Of a stretch of 64,000 bases of DNA, positions 63,733 through 64,000 are shown piece by piece. Position 1 is the first letter of the stretch. The number at the start of each line of letters is the position of its first letter. Origin of the DNA: Planctomycetota bacterium (GTDB taxonomy: Bacteria > Planctomycetota > UBA11346). The notes below the pieces were generated by a model. The model was given only the letters and a program-made list of their open reading frames with translations. It searched no databases and had not been told where the DNA came from. Made by a program: the position numbers and the translations under genes. The stretch is from positions 24,095 through 88,094 of the forward strand of contig JBBRLJ010000025.1 in NCBI GenBank assembly GCA_038231435.1, read 5' to 3'.

Positions 63733-64000
63733 GGGCTCCGCCCCTACGGCCCTGCCGGGCCTACCCCACGGGCTTTGTCAGGGCTCGATGTCTCCGCTGC
63801 GCTGCGACATCGTCGGCGGATCGGCTACGCCGATTGTATCCGCCGACCGCCCCTCGGCGCCCGCTGTTTAGTCAGGGGCTCCGCCCCTACGGCCCTGCGG
63901 GCCTACCCCACGGGCTTTGTCGGGGCTCGATGTCTCCGCTGCGCTGCGACATCGTCGGCGGATCGGCTACGCCGATTGTATCCGCCGACCGCCCCTCGGC
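63731..64000 (+). repeat. repeat family A, tandem copies 63731-63863 and 63873->64000
   Basis: Two near-identical units starting AGGGGCTCCGCCCCTACGG. Runs off the window end. Confidence 0.95.

Overview
High-GC bacterial chromosome segment, most likely from the PVC superphylum (probably Planctomycetota), judged mainly from a PVC-signature small basic protein. It holds about 52 protein genes. Housekeeping genes include rpsO-pnp, lpxA, queG, thiS, thiG, metF, trxA, dacB, yacG, pgpA, HPr, larC and an RpoD-like sigma factor. There are two ABC importers, two GH78 rhamnosidase-like genes, two PhyH dioxygenases and a PP2C/RsbW partner-switching pair. The most notable observations are: (1) a sigma-54-controlled unit pairing a VIT-vWA protein with a GlyGly-CTERM tail and a rhombosortase; (2) a family of multi-hairpin intergenic repeats whose stems covary between copies; (3) a REP-associated tyrosine transposase homologue that has lost its catalytic residues but keeps an intact ORF; (4) a frameshifted duplicate of an aminotransferase 3' end bracketing a rhamnosidase; (5) paired palindromes linking ArsR to trxA and a sigma factor. 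No tRNA, rRNA or CRISPR array was seen. All calls come from reading motifs by eye, with no database searches.
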